55,326 bases of DNA from Candidatus Kurthia equi (lineage in GTDB: Bacteria > Bacillota > Bacilli > Bacillales_A > Planococcaceae). Position 1 is the first letter of the stretch, and each line of letters starts with the position of its first letter. The notes below the pieces were generated by a model. That model was not told the DNA's origin. It made no database searches and saw nothing but the letters and a program-made list of their open reading frames with translations. Where the stretch lies: NCBI GenBank assembly GCA_018065935.1, contig JAGHSJ010000021.1, positions 1-55,326 on the forward strand, given 5' to 3'. The translations under genes were made by a program, and so were the position numbers. Of the stretch, positions 10,776 to 21,213 are shown one piece after another.

Positions 10776-10854
10776 GTTCCTTTAAATTTCACTATACGAG
10801 TGGTAAAATGAAAAAAGTTGAATTTTTTCTCGACAAAATAGGAGGATTTTAATC

Positions 10855-12315
10855 ATGGCTAACAAAGTTCGTGTACGTTACGCTCCAAGTCCAACAGGAC
10901 ATTTACACATCGGTGGCGCACGCACAGCATTATTTAATTATTTATACGCAAAACACAACGACGGAGATTTCATCTTACGTATTGAAGATACTGACATCGC
11001 TCGTAACATCGAGGGTGGCGAAGCTTCACAAATTGAAAACCTAGCTTGGTTAGGTATTCACCCAGTAGAATCACCAGTTATCGGTGGTCCATTTGCTCCT
11101 TACCGTCAAATGGAACGTTTAGACACTTATACAGAAGCTGCTCAAAAATTAATTGAAATGGGCAGAGCATATAAATGTTTCTGTTCTTCAGAAGAATTAG
11201 AAGCAGAGCGTGAAGAACAACGTGAAAACGGTGTTGCTGCACCAATGTATAAAGGAACTTGCCGTCACTTATCTGCAGAAGAAGTTGCAGAAAAAGAAGC
11301 AGCTGGTCTACCATTTACAATCCGTTTCAAAGTTCCTGAAAATGAAACTTACGTAGTAGACGACTTAATTCGTGGCGCTGTTACATTTGAATCAAAAGAC
11401 GTTGGTGATTGGGTATTAGTAAAAGCAAATGGTATCCCAACTTACAACTTTGCGGTTGTACTTGATGATCACTTAATGGAAATGACACATGTATTCCGCG
11501 GAGAAGAACATTTATCAAATACACCTAAACAATTAATGGTTTACCGTGCATTTGATTGGACTGCTCCACGCTTTGGACATATGACATTAATCGTTAACGA
11601 AAACCACAAAAAACTTTCTAAACGTGATGAATCAATTATCCAATTCATCTCTCAATATAAAGAATTAGGTTACCTACCTGAAGCAATGGTTAACTTCCTT
11701 GCATTATTAGGTTGGTCTCCAGAAGGTGAAGAAGAAATTTTCACTACTGAAGAGTTAATCGCTCAATTTGATGAAAAACGTCTTTCTAAATCCCCTTCAA
11801 TGTATGATACACACAAACTTAAATGGATGAATAACCAATACATGAAGAAATTATCTCATGAAGAAGTTGTTGAGTTATGCTTACCATTCTTACAAAAAGA
11901 AGGTTTAGTTCCTGCTGAACCAACTGCAGAAGAAGCGGCTTGGGCAGGTCAATTAATCGGTCTTTATCACGAACAAATGAGCTACGGTGCTGAAATCGTT
12001 GAACTTTCTGCACAATTCTTCACTGATGAGTTAACTTATAGTGAAGAAGAAGCTGAAGTATTAGCTGGTGAACAAGTTTCTGAAGTAATGGCTGCTTTCA
12101 AAGCGCAATTATTAGCTCTAGAAGATTATGTTGCACCTGAAATCAAAAAAACAATTAAAGCTGTTCAAAAAGAAACAGGACATAAAGGTAAAAACCTATT
12201 CATGCCAATCCGCGTAGCTACTACGGGTGAAATGCATGGTCCTGAACTTACTGATGCACTTGAATTATTAGGTAAAGAAACAGTCATCGCTCGTATCGAA
12301 GCATTCATTAAATAA
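10855..12315 (+). CDS. gltX: Glutamate--tRNA ligase
   Basis: [13 protein letters not shown] and KLSKR class I motifs. Confidence 0.98.
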   Translation: MANKVRVRYAPSPTGHLHIGGARTALFNYLYAKHNDGDFILRIEDTDIARNIEGGEASQIENLAWLGIHPVESPVIGGPFAPYRQMERLDTYTEAAQKLIEMGRAYKCFCSSEELEAEREEQRENGVAAPMYKGTCRHLSAEEVAEKEAAGLPFTIRFKVPENETYVVDDLIRGAVTFESKDVGDWVLVKANGIPTYNFAVVLDDHLMEMTHVFRGEEHLSNTPKQLMVYRAFDWTAPRFGHMTLIVNENHKKLSKRDESIIQFISQYKELGYLPEAMVNFLALLGWSPEGEEEIFTTEELIAQFDEKRLSKSPSMYDTHKLKWMNNQYMKKLSHEEVVELCLPFLQKEGLVPAEPTAEEAAWAGQLIGLYHEQMSYGAEIVELSAQFFTDELTYSEEEAEVLAGEQVSEVMAAFKAQLLALEDYVAPEIKKTIKAVQKETGHKGKNLFMPIRVATTGEMHGPELTDALELLGKETVIARIEAFIK

Positions 12316-12361
12316 TTTCGTTACTTTTTAAAAGCTTCATTGTACAATGAGATTATATGAT

Positions 12362-12605
12362 AAAGCGTTGAAGAGGAGAAGTACGTGGCGTAAGCTCTAA
12401 AGAGAGGGTCATCTGTGAGCTGAAAATGACCTGAGCCCATGCAAAGCTGAAATGCACCTCTGAGTGCTAGATTGAAATTAGTAGGTCTAGCCGATTGGTC
12501 GTCGTTACAGACTTTGAGTGGGAGAGGATTCGTCTATCTCCAACCAGAGTGGAACCGCGTATTTTTCGCCTCTGTCTATCATAATTGGTAGACAGAGGCT
12601 TTTTA
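12362..12605 (+). promoter_or_regulatory. Cysteine T-box riboswitch
   Basis: AGTA and AGAGA/GCTGA stem I motifs, specifier GAAA-TGC (Cys, 12453-12455), T-box AGAGTGGAACCGCG (12546-12559), terminator GCCTCTGTCTA..TAGACAGAGGC-TTTTT. Confidence 0.93.
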
Positions 12606-12717
12606 TATAGTACGAAAAATTCTGCTCAATCGTTTCTAAATAAGGTGTTAGAGCATGGCAATCAGGGAAGATTATTAATGACGCTGTCTCTGGGGGATAT
12701 TGCTATATCATGATATT

Positions 12718-12746
12718 TTGAAACAATAAGAAAAACATGCTACATT
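12718..12746 (+). promoter_or_regulatory. Putative SigA promoter between the T-box terminator and cysS
   Basis: TTGAAA-N17-TACATT with extended -10 TG. Confidence 0.5.
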
Positions 12747-12813
12747 AATCGTTATAAAGTTAACTAGTATTAATTGCTATGGAATTTAGTGAAAAAAGGA
12801 GAGATTATGCTCA

Positions 12814-14214
12814 ATGGCTATTCAAATATTTAACTCATTGACTCGTCAAAAAGAAATATTCAAACCAATAGAAGAAGGAAAGGTACGCATGTATGTCTGT
12901 GGACCTACCGTTTATAACTATATCCATATAGGAAATTCACGTCCTGTGATTGTTTATGATACGGTTCGTCGCTACTTAACTTACCGTGGTTATGAAGTTG
13001 ATTATGTATCAAACTTCACAGATGTAGACGATAAAATTATTAAAGCTGCAAATGAATTAGGTGAAGATGTATCTGAATTAACAGAGCGTTTCATTGCTGC
13101 TTATTTTGAAGATATTACTGCGCTAGGCGCTCAAAAAGCAGATTCTCATCCACGTGTAACGGAACATATGGATGAAATTATCGAGTTTATCGATGTTTTA
13201 GTACAAAAAGGATATGCTTATGAATCTGAAGGTGATGTCTACTACCGTACACGTAAATTTAAAAATTACGGCCAATTGTCACATCAGTCTGTTGATGATT
13301 TAAAAGTAGGTGCACGTATTGAAGCGGGAACAAAAAAAGAAGATCCGCTTGATTTTGCTCTTTGGAAAGCTGCTAAAGCTGGAGAAATTTCATGGAAGAG
13401 TCCATGGGGTGAAGGACGTCCAGGTTGGCATATTGAATGTTCTGTAATGGTCCATAATCATTTCGGTGATACAATTGATATTCATGCAGGTGGACAAGAT
13501 TTGAAATTCCCTCACCATGAAAATGAAATTGCTCAATCAGAAGCTTATTCGGATAAAAAATTCGCCAACTATTGGATGCATAATGGGTATATCAATATAG
13601 ATAATGAAAAAATGTCTAAATCGCTAGGGAACTTTATTTTAGTGCATGATATTATTCAACAAATTGATCCGCAGGTTTTACGATTCTTTATCTTAACAGT
13701 GCATTATCGTAACCCAATTAACTTCGCACAAGATCTTGTTGAAGCAGCTGGGAATAGCTTAGAACGTTTACGCACAACACATCAAAACTTACAACACCGT
13801 TTAACAGCTACTACAAATTTAGTAGATGTCGATCCAGCGGAGTTGAAAATTATTGAAGATGCTCGTCAATACTTTATTGAATCAATGGATGACGACTTCA
13901 ATACGGCAAATGCGATTACAGCATTATTCACAATTTCAACAGCAGCTAATAAATATTTAAATGCAGCCAATACAAACGCGGAAGTGTTAACAGCTTATAA
14001 AGTTGCTTTAGAAGAATTAACAGCAATTTTAGGTGTGCAATTAGCGAAGACAGAAGAATTATTAGATGCAGAAGTGGATGCATTGATTGCAGAACGTCAA
14101 CAAGCACGTAAAGATCGTAATTTCCAACGTTCAGATGAAATTCGTGACATTTTAAAAGAACAGAACATTATTCTGGAAGATACACGCCAAGGCGTAAGAT
14201 GGAAACGAGGCTAG
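12814..14214 (+). CDS. cysS: Cysteine--tRNA ligase
   Basis: [21 protein letters not shown] and KMSKS motifs. Confidence 0.98.
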   Translation: MAIQIFNSLTRQKEIFKPIEEGKVRMYVCGPTVYNYIHIGNSRPVIVYDTVRRYLTYRGYEVDYVSNFTDVDDKIIKAANELGEDVSELTERFIAAYFEDITALGAQKADSHPRVTEHMDEIIEFIDVLVQKGYAYESEGDVYYRTRKFKNYGQLSHQSVDDLKVGARIEAGTKKEDPLDFALWKAAKAGEISWKSPWGEGRPGWHIECSVMVHNHFGDTIDIHAGGQDLKFPHHENEIAQSEAYSDKKFANYWMHNGYINIDNEKMSKSLGNFILVHDIIQQIDPQVLRFFILTVHYRNPINFAQDLVEAAGNSLERLRTTHQNLQHRLTATTNLVDVDPAELKIIEDARQYFIESMDDDFNTANAITALFTISTAANKYLNAANTNAEVLTAYKVALEELTAILGVQLAKTEELLDAEVDALIAERQQARKDRNFQRSDEIRDILKEQNIILEDTRQGVRWKRG

Positions 14215-14218
14215 TCAA

Positions 14219-14641
14219 TTGGGAGAATTAAGAGATATCGATGTCAAACAACTGAATGCACTTGCACTTGCTTACATGGGTGATTCAGTTCTTGAAATTG
14301 CGATTCGTGAACATTTATTAAGAATAGGTAAAGTAAAACCACATATTTTACATCGTGAAGCGACGCATTATGTTTCTGCGAAAGCACAAGCTAAAGTCGT
14401 GCGCAAAATGATGGAAGAAGAGTACTTTACAGAAGAAGAATTAGCGGTATTGCGTAGAGGTCGTAACGCGAAATCAGGTTCAGTACCTAAAAATACCGAT
14501 GTACAAACATATAACTACAGCTCAGCTTTTGAAGCGGTTTTAGGTTATCTTTATTTACTTGGTCAACAAGAACGAGTGGATGGAATTATAGCGTATACGA
14601 TTCAAATGGTTGAAGCAGATAAAGAGGCGGTAAAAAAATAA
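14219..14641 (+). CDS. mrnC: Mini-ribonuclease III
   Basis: [15 protein letters not shown] and [10 protein letters not shown] motifs; synteny. Confidence 0.94.
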   Translation: MGELRDIDVKQLNALALAYMGDSVLEIAIREHLLRIGKVKPHILHREATHYVSAKAQAKVVRKMMEEEYFTEEELAVLRRGRNAKSGSVPKNTDVQTYNYSSAFEAVLGYLYLLGQQERVDGIIAYTIQMVEADKEAVKK

Positions 14642-15402
14642 TGGAAAACAAAACAGAAAACACACCAGAAAAAGAAATAATTGCAGGTAAAAATCCTGTG
14701 CTAGAAGCTTTACGTGCTGACCGTGATATTAACAAAATTTGGATTGCTGAAGGCGTGAAAAAAGCAGGAATTGCTGAATTATTAGCTTTAGCGAAAGAAA
14801 ACGGCATCATCGTACAGTTTGTACCAAAAGAAAAAGTGAATGGCTTAACTTCTGAAAATCACCAAGGTGTAGTCGCTTCAGTGGCTGCATATAATTATGC
14901 AGAACTTGATGATATTTTTGCTATTGCAGAAAAACGTGGAGAAGATCCTTTCATTATGATTTTAGATGAATTAGAAGATCCTCATAATTTAGGATCTATT
15001 ATGCGTACAGCTGATGCAGTTGGAGCGCATGGGATTATTATTCCAAAACGTCGTTCAGTTGCGTTAACAGCAGTAGTTGCTAAAGCTTCTACAGGTGCTA
15101 TTGAATATATTCCAACCGTACGTGTGACAAACTTGTCTCAGACAGTTGAAGAACTGAAAGAACGCGGTGTGTGGATTGCGGGTACGGATGCAAAAGGCTC
15201 TCAAGACTACCGTCGCATGGATGCTACTTTACCACTTGCGGTAATTATTGGCAGCGAAGGAAAAGGCATGAGTCGTATCCTAAAAGAAAAATGTGATTTC
15301 TTATATAACTTACCAATGGTTGGACATGTAACATCATTAAATGCTTCGGTTGCAGCCTCTTTACTTATGTATGAGGTCTATCGCAAGCGTAATGAACTAT
15401 AA
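14641..15402 (+). CDS. rlmB: 23S rRNA Gm2251 2'-O-methyltransferase (SpoU family)
   Basis: DPHNLGSIMRTA, IGSEGKG and SLNASVA SPOUT motifs. Confidence 0.94.
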   Translation: MENKTENTPEKEIIAGKNPVLEALRADRDINKIWIAEGVKKAGIAELLALAKENGIIVQFVPKEKVNGLTSENHQGVVASVAAYNYAELDDIFAIAEKRGEDPFIMILDELEDPHNLGSIMRTADAVGAHGIIIPKRRSVALTAVVAKASTGAIEYIPTVRVTNLSQTVEELKERGVWIAGTDAKGSQDYRRMDATLPLAVIIGSEGKGMSRILKEKCDFLYNLPMVGHVTSLNASVAASLLMYEVYRKRNEL

Positions 15403-15412
15403 GTGATTATTT

Positions 15413-15922
15413 ATGGACATTGTATTAGTCGATGGCTATAACATCATTGGAGCATGGAGAGAATTACAGCAATTAAAGAAAATTGGCCTAGTTGATGCAA
15501 GAGATCGTTTAATCGAATTGATGGCAGATTATCAAGCGTATTCAGGCATGAAGGTCATTGTGATTTTTGATGCGTATCTTGTTCCAGGCAGAGCGACAAA
15601 ACTGAAACAGCATGAAGTAGAAGTTATTTTCACAAAGTCAAAAGAGACGGCTGATTCTCGAATTGAACGCTTATCAAATGAATTAATGAGTAAACGCACA
15701 AAAATTTATGTAGCGACAAGTGATATGACGGAACAAAATGTGATTTTCGGTAATGGAGCGTTGCGTAAATCTGCACGCGAGTTTGAAATTGATGTACAAA
15801 CCGTGCAAAAAAATATTTCAGTGAAAGTACAGGAAACTACACAGCAAAAACCTGTGCGGAAATTGAATCTTTCGGATGAAGTGGCAGAAAAAATGGAACG
15901 GATGCGTAGAGGAAAGATTTAG
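15413..15922 (+). CDS. rae1: NYN-domain ribosome-associated endoribonuclease Rae1 (YacP)
   Basis: VDGYNIIG, ETADSRIE and VATSD motifs; synteny. Confidence 0.9.
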   Translation: MDIVLVDGYNIIGAWRELQQLKKIGLVDARDRLIELMADYQAYSGMKVIVIFDAYLVPGRATKLKQHEVEVIFTKSKETADSRIERLSNELMSKRTKIYVATSDMTEQNVIFGNGALRKSAREFEIDVQTVQKNISVKVQETTQQKPVRKLNLSDEVAEKMERMRRGKI

Positions 15923-15993
15923 TTGTATGGATAAAAATGGGTATTTGAGTTATACTATTTCTAATTAAAAGAAGCTATAACTGGGGTGATACT

Positions 15994-16641
15994 TTGATAA
16001 TTCATAGTCATTTACAGAAAGAGCAACAACGATTTAAAAACCTTAGTGACGAGCAGTTAGTGGCTTACTCTAAGCGGGGTGACGATGACGCGTTAGATTT
16101 TTTGATTACAAAGTATAAAAATATAGTACGTCTAAAGGCGCGCTCCTATTTTTTAATTGGCGCAGACAAAGAAGATATTGTACAAGAAGGCATGATTGGT
16201 CTTTTTAAAGGTATTCGTGATTTCAATGAGGAAAAGCAAGTTTCTTTTCGTGTATTTGCAGAGTTATGCATTACACGCCAAATCATAACAGCTATAAAAA
16301 CAGCCACACGCCAAAAGCATATTCCTTTAAATTCTTCTATTTCTCTTGATAAACCAATACATGATGAAGAACAGGCAAACACCTTGTTGGATATGATTTC
16401 TGCTGGAAATATGACGGATCCACAAGAAATGGTCGTTAGTAAAGAACGTATTATTTTTATGGAAAGTCAAATTGAAGGTGTACTGAGTTCGTTTGAAAAA
16501 CAGGTGCTTGCTCTTTATTTAGACGATTGTACGTATCAGGAAATGTCTATAACGCTGAAAAAAGATGTCAAATCTATCGACAACGCATTACAACGTATAA
16601 AACGAAAATTATCGCAGCATATTTTGAATGTACAGGCTTAG
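15994..16641 (+). CDS. sigH: RNA polymerase sigma factor SigH
   Basis: ARSYFLIGADKEDIVQEGMIGL, FAELCITRQIITAIKTATRQKH and KSIDNALQR motifs. Confidence 0.95.
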   Translation: MIIHSHLQKEQQRFKNLSDEQLVAYSKRGDDDALDFLITKYKNIVRLKARSYFLIGADKEDIVQEGMIGLFKGIRDFNEEKQVSFRVFAELCITRQIITAIKTATRQKHIPLNSSISLDKPIHDEEQANTLLDMISAGNMTDPQEMVVSKERIIFMESQIEGVLSSFEKQVLALYLDDCTYQEMSITLKKDVKSIDNALQRIKRKLSQHILNVQA

Positions 16642-16703
16642 TTGACAGCGAATAGAATAAGATGGTAATCTTTTAACAGAACAATGCCCAAAAGGTGATT
16701 ATA

Positions 16704-16850
16704 ATGGCAAATAAAATCGTATTAAGCTGCGAAAAATGTGGCGCACGTAATTACAACCTACCTGCACCAAAAGATCTTTCAAAGCGTATGGAGTTAAAAA
16801 AATTCTGTGCAAACTGTAATGAACATACATTACATAAACAAACTAGATAG
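16704..16850 (+). CDS. rpmG: 50S ribosomal protein L33 (Zn-binding type), missing from the ORF track
   Basis: Manual translation MANKIVLSCEKCGARNYNLPAPKDLSKRMELKKFCANCNEHTLHKQTR*. Confidence 0.93.
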   Translation: MANKIVLSCEKCGARNYNLPAPKDLSKRMELKKFCANCNEHTLHKQTR

Positions 16851-16894
16851 CATATTTAAACTTTTACAGAAGATTTATTCGGAGGTTAGGTTAG

Positions 16895-17080
16895 ATGGCG
16901 AAGATAAAGCAATTTCTTAAAGACGTCTTGTCTGAAATGCGAAAAACAAGCTGGCCAAAACGTAAAGAACTTACGAAATACACAATTGTTGTAGTATCTA
17001 CGCTGATCTTTATGGCAGCATTCTTTATGCTAGTGGACTTAGGAATATCAAAATTATTCCGTATGTATTTGGATTTATAG
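16895..17080 (+). CDS. secE: Preprotein translocase subunit SecE
   Basis: EMRKTSWP motif plus one TM helix; synteny. Confidence 0.95.
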   Translation: MAKIKQFLKDVLSEMRKTSWPKRKELTKYTIVVVSTLIFMAAFFMLVDLGISKLFRMYLDL

Positions 17081-17102
17081 ACGAAAAATGTTATGATTTC
17101 TG

Positions 17103-17133
17103 AAAGGACCCGTAAATGAGTACGGGTTTTTTC
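17103..17133 (+). terminator. Intrinsic terminator between secE and nusG
   Basis: GGACCCGTA..TACGGGTTT stem with T tract. Confidence 0.7.
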
Positions 17134-17179
17134 ATTTGCCTTAAAAAAGGAGGGAAAGGACTTACACGTCCTGACTATT

Positions 17180-17713
17180 ATGGAGAAAAATTGGTATGTT
17201 GTTCATACGTACTCTGGTTATGAGAACAAGGTTAAATTAAATCTTGAAAAACGTATTGAAACAATGGGAATGTCGGATAAAATTTTCCGCGTAATCATTC
17301 CTGAAGAACAAGAAACAGAAGTAAAAGATGGTAAGAAAAAAGTATATATGCGTAAAACTTTCCCAGGTTATGTGTTAGTTGAATTAATCATGACAGATGA
17401 CGCTTGGTATGTAGTACGTAATACACCGGGTGTAACTGGATTTATTGGTTCATCAGGTGGCGGTGTTAAACCAACTCCATTATTACCTGAAGAAGTAGAA
17501 ACAATCCTAACGCAAATGGAAGCAAATGCTCCAACAGTTGAATTAGACTTTGAAGTAGGCGATTTAGTAGAGGTTCTTGAAGGACCGTTCGCACACTTCC
17601 AAGGTGTAGTTGAAGAAATTCTTGCCGATGAACAAAAAATTAAGGTAACAGTTGATATGTTTGGTCGCGAAACAGTTATGGAATTAGATTTCGTACAAGT
17701 TTTAAAAGTTTAA
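17180..17713 (+). CDS. nusG: Transcription termination/antitermination factor NusG
   Basis: WYVVHTYSGYENKV, FPGYV and KOW domain. Confidence 0.98.
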   Translation: MEKNWYVVHTYSGYENKVKLNLEKRIETMGMSDKIFRVIIPEEQETEVKDGKKKVYMRKTFPGYVLVELIMTDDAWYVVRNTPGVTGFIGSSGGGVKPTPLLPEEVETILTQMEANAPTVELDFEVGDLVEVLEGPFAHFQGVVEEILADEQKIKVTVDMFGRETVMELDFVQVLKV

Positions 17714-17828
17714 TATTATTTGAACTTGCCACAAAAACATAAAAGTGTTATCATTTCAAAGGTCAGACTATAAGTTATGACTAACCGTAATTTTTAATGT
17801 TATCGGAATAAGCCGACGAACAGATATT

Positions 17829-17860
17829 GAGTGGGAGGGGTAACCCTTTGACCACATCAC
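17829..17860 (+). promoter_or_regulatory. L1-binding-site-like leader upstream of rplK
   Basis: GTGGGAG-GGG..CCC..ACCAC stem-loop mimicking the L1 site. Confidence 0.6.
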
Positions 17861-17881
17861 GGACTTAAGGAGGTGTGTCTC

Positions 17882-18307
17882 GTGGCTAAAAAAGTTGTAA
17901 AAGTTGTAAAACTTCAAATTGAAGCTGGTAAAGCAAATCCAGCTCCACCAGTAGGTCCTGCATTAGGTCAAGCAGGTGTTAACATCATGGGATTCTGTAA
18001 AGAATTCAATGCTCGTACACAAGACCAAGCAGGTTTAATCATTCCAGTTGAGATTTCTGTATTTGAAGACCGTTCATTCACATTCATTACAAAAACTCCG
18101 CCTGCAGCAGTGTTACTTAAAGTAGCAGCTGGTATTAAATCAGGTTCTGGAGAACCAAACCGCATTAAAGTAGCTACAGTAAAACGCGATAAAGTTCGCG
18201 AAATTGCTGAAACTAAAATGCCGGATTTAAATGCATCGTCAGTTGAAACTGCTATGTTAATGGTAGAAGGAACTGCTCGTAGCATGGGTATTGTTATCGA
18301 AGACTAA
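17882..18307 (+). CDS. rplK: 50S ribosomal protein L11
   Basis: [13 protein letters not shown] motif; GTG start behind AAGGAGG. Confidence 0.98.
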   Translation: MAKKVVKVVKLQIEAGKANPAPPVGPALGQAGVNIMGFCKEFNARTQDQAGLIIPVEISVFEDRSFTFITKTPPAAVLLKVAAGIKSGSGEPNRIKVATVKRDKVREIAETKMPDLNASSVETAMLMVEGTARSMGIVIED

Positions 18308-18386
18308 TCCCATTACTTGATCGAGAAGTATTGTTTTTTGGAGGTTGCGAAAGTTTCACTTTACTTTGAAACTCGCAGCCTTTATT

Positions 18387-18414
18387 CGTGGGAGGATAAT
18401 CCGCTACAACCACA
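18387..18414 (+). promoter_or_regulatory. L1-binding autoregulatory site upstream of rplA
   Basis: GTGGGAG-GAT..ATC..ACCAC stem-loop. Confidence 0.65.
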
Positions 18415-18432
18415 ATCAAGGAGGAAATTATA

Positions 18433-19125
18433 ATGGCTAAAAAAGGTAAAAAGTTACAAGACGCTACTAAATTAGTAGATAAAACTAAAGTATATTCAGT
18501 TGCAGAAGCTGCTGAATTAGCTAAACAAACATCATCATCTAACTTTGATGCAACTGTAGAAGTTGCTTTCAACTTAAATATCGATACTCGTAAAAACGAC
18601 CAACAAATCCGTGGAGCAGTAGTGCTTCCAAACGGTACTGGTAAAACTCAAAAAGTTTTAGTATTCGCTAAAGGTGAAAAAATTAAAGAAGCGGAAGCAG
18701 CTGGCGCTGATTTCGTAGGTGATGCAGAATTTATCCAAAAAATCCAAGGTGGCTGGTTCGACTTCGACGTAATCGTTGCAACTCCAGACATGATGGGTGA
18801 AGTTGGTAAATTAGGTCGCGTATTAGGACCAAAAGGTTTAATGCCAAACCCTAAAACTGGTACAGTTACTTTCGACGTAACTAAAGCTATCAACGAAATT
18901 AAAGCTGGTAAAGTTGAATACCGTGCTGACAAAGCTGGTATCGTACACGCTCCAGTAGGTAAAGTATCATTTGATGCTGCTAAATTAGCTGAAAACATTC
19001 AAACTCTTGTTGAAGTTATCGCTAAAGCAAAACCTGCTACAGCTAAAGGTACTTACATTAAGTCTCTTCATGTAACTACTACTATGGGACCATCAATTAA
19101 AGTTGATACTACTGTAGCTAAATAA
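18433..19125 (+). CDS. rplA: 50S ribosomal protein L1
   Basis: [16 protein letters not shown] motif. Confidence 0.98.
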   Translation: MAKKGKKLQDATKLVDKTKVYSVAEAAELAKQTSSSNFDATVEVAFNLNIDTRKNDQQIRGAVVLPNGTGKTQKVLVFAKGEKIKEAEAAGADFVGDAEFIQKIQGGWFDFDVIVATPDMMGEVGKLGRVLGPKGLMPNPKTGTVTFDVTKAINEIKAGKVEYRADKAGIVHAPVGKVSFDAAKLAENIQTLVEVIAKAKPATAKGTYIKSLHVTTTMGPSIKVDTTVAK

Positions 19126-19182
19126 TTTCGCATTGACAACGCCAATGTCTCTTGTTAAAATAGACAACGTTGTATCCATTTG

Positions 19183-19312
19183 TACCATAGACAGTAGGGG
19201 TGACTATTTTATAGGACACTTAATTAACCTACCGAGGGCAAAGGAACTCAGACTCTGTTAAGATGATGAATTTCCCGCCCCTTGTCTATATTGACGAGGG
19301 GCTTTTCTTTTG
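19183..19312 (+). promoter_or_regulatory. L10 leader (ribosomal protein attenuator)
   Basis: AGACAGTAGG..TAA..CCTACCGAG core followed by terminator GCCCCTTGTC..GACGAGGGGC-TTTT; promoter TTGACA-N17-TAAAAT upstream. Confidence 0.8.
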
Positions 19313-19351
19313 TCGGTATAAGTGACCCATTCTTATAGGAGGTGTCCATTC

Positions 19352-19852
19352 ATGAGCAAAGCAATCGAAGCTAAACAATCAGTAGTTGACGAAATTACTG
19401 GTAAATTCGAAGGCGCAGCATCAGTAGTAGTAGTTGATTACCGTGGTCTTACAGTTTCACAAGTAACTGAATTACGTAAACAATTACGTGACGCTGGTGT
19501 AGAATTCAAAGTATACAAAAATACTTTAGTTCGCCGTGCTGCTGAAACAGCTGGTCATGCTGAATTAAATTCAGTATTAACTGGTCCAAATGCAATCGCA
19601 TTTTCTAACGAAGATGTTATCGCTCCAGCTCGTATTATCAACAATTTCGCTAAAGAAAACGAACAACTTGAAATTAAAGCTGGTTTAATCGAAGGTACAT
19701 TTGCTTCTGTAGAAGAAGTTAAAGCACTTGCAGAACTTCCATCACGCGATGGTTTACTATCTATGCTTTTATCTGTTCTACAAGCACCAATGCGCAACTT
19801 CGCACTTGCAACAAAAGCTGTTGCAGAACAAAAAGAAGAACAAGGCGCTTAA
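19352..19852 (+). CDS. rplJ: 50S ribosomal protein L10
   Basis: DYRGLTV and KVYKNTL motifs; ATG behind GGAGG. Confidence 0.97.
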   Translation: MSKAIEAKQSVVDEITGKFEGAASVVVVDYRGLTVSQVTELRKQLRDAGVEFKVYKNTLVRRAAETAGHAELNSVLTGPNAIAFSNEDVIAPARIINNFAKENEQLEIKAGLIEGTFASVEEVKALAELPSRDGLLSMLLSVLQAPMRNFALATKAVAEQKEEQGA

Positions 19853-19928
19853 TAGCAAGTTGATCTTCGTCGCATAGTAATATGCAAAACAAAAACCAAA
19901 AAATAGATTCCAATAGGAGGAACTCATA

Positions 19929-20288
19929 ATGAACCAAGAACAAATCTTAGAAGCAATCAAAGCTATGACAGTTCTAGAATTAAACGATTTAGTAAAAGCA
20001 ATTGAAGAAGAATTCGGTGTAACAGCTGCTGCTCCTGTAGCTGCTGCTGGTGCTGCTGCTGGTGGCGCTGCTGAACAAACTGAATTTGATGTTATCTTAA
20101 CATCTGCTGGAGATTCTAAAATCAAAGTAATCAAAGTAGTACGCGAAATTACTGGTTTAGGTCTTAAAGAAGCTAAAGAAGTTGTAGATAACGCTCCTAA
20201 AGCTATCAAAGAAGCTGTAGCTAAAGCTGAAGCTGAAGAAATCAAAGCTAAACTTGAAGAAGTTGGCGCATCTGTAGAAGTTAAATAA
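19929..20288 (+). CDS. rplL: 50S ribosomal protein L7/L12
   Basis: [10 protein letters not shown] hinge and GLGLKEAK motif. Confidence 0.98.
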   Translation: MNQEQILEAIKAMTVLELNDLVKAIEEEFGVTAAAPVAAAGAAAGGAAEQTEFDVILTSAGDSKIKVIKVVREITGLGLKEAKEVVDNAPKAIKEAVAKAEAEEIKAKLEEVGASVEVK

Positions 20289-20303
20289 TTTCTATTGATT
20301 AAC

Positions 20304-20342
20304 AAAAGCTCGTCAATATAACCATATTGACGAGCTTTTCTT
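20304..20342 (+). terminator. Intrinsic terminator
   Basis: AAAAGCTCGTCAATAT..ATATTGACGAGCTTTT. Confidence 0.85.
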
Positions 20343-20367
20343 CATTTTACGTGAAGGAGGGCAAAAA

Positions 20368-20967
20368 ATGTCAGAACATTATTATTCAAAGAACCCTCAT
20401 GTCGAAAGTAAACCACGTAAGTGGAAGTTCACGCTTCGCGGATATTCTTTTGCGTTTGAAACTGATGCAGGGGTTTTTAGTAAAAGCGAAGTAGATTTTG
20501 GATCCCGTGTGCTAATTGATTGTTTCAATTCACCGGCTGTTCAAGGAGATATTTTAGATGTGGGTTGTGGTTACGGTCCGATTGGATTGTCGATTGCAAA
20601 AGATTTCCCAGAACGAACTGTTCATATGATGGATGTAAATGATCGAGCATTAAGCTTGGCGAAGAAAAATGCGGAGAATAACGGAGTACAAAATGTGCAG
20701 ATTTACGAAAGTGATGCACTTTCGGCTGTGAAAACAGAAAATGTCGCTGCTGTTTTGACAAATCCGCCTATTCGCGCAGGTAAAGAAACAATTTTCCGTT
20801 TTTATGATCAAGCTTATGATGTTTTAGTAGAGCATGGTGAGTTATGGATTGTTATTCAGAAGAAACAAGGTGCCCCATCGACGATGGATCATTTAGCTGA
20901 AAAATTTAGCGAAGTGGAAGTTGTAGACAAGGTAAAGGGTTACTGGATTATCAAAGCGGTTAAATAA
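20368..20967 (+). CDS. ybxB: Class I SAM methyltransferase YbxB (RsmC-like)
   Basis: GVFSK, LDVGCGYG and TNPPIRAGK motifs; synteny. Confidence 0.9.
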   Translation: MSEHYYSKNPHVESKPRKWKFTLRGYSFAFETDAGVFSKSEVDFGSRVLIDCFNSPAVQGDILDVGCGYGPIGLSIAKDFPERTVHMMDVNDRALSLAKKNAENNGVQNVQIYESDALSAVKTENVAAVLTNPPIRAGKETIFRFYDQAYDVLVEHGELWIVIQKKQGAPSTMDHLAEKFSEVEVVDKVKGYWIIKAVK

Positions 20968-21213
20968 ATTTGTCAAGAAGAAAAGATTGACTTGACAAAT
21001 TGGCTATGTTATTATAAGAAAATGCAAAAATATTAAATTGCATAGGTATGTCTTTTTACTATTAATCGTAAAACAGGCTAGCAATTTTTAAGTTTGGTTA
21101 AACGAGAATGAGATCTAAGAATTTGGACTCGTTTTCTTTTTTGTCTTTCAAATCATACATTATTTGTCATGTTTTTGAAAGACCTATTATCGCTTTATTG
21201 AGGGGTGAATAAG

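Noticed and set aside
12606-12715. Possible cysE coding remnant (NSAQSFLNKVLEHG..TLSLGD)
   Set aside because: Resemblance to CysE is too weak and not colinear; not called as a pseudogene
15915-15960. SigB-like GGGTAT upstream of sigH
   Set aside because: The -35 element matches poorly; cannot be distinguished from chance
20020-20075. GCT-rich tandem repeats in rplL
   Set aside because: They encode the normal Ala-rich L7/L12 hinge
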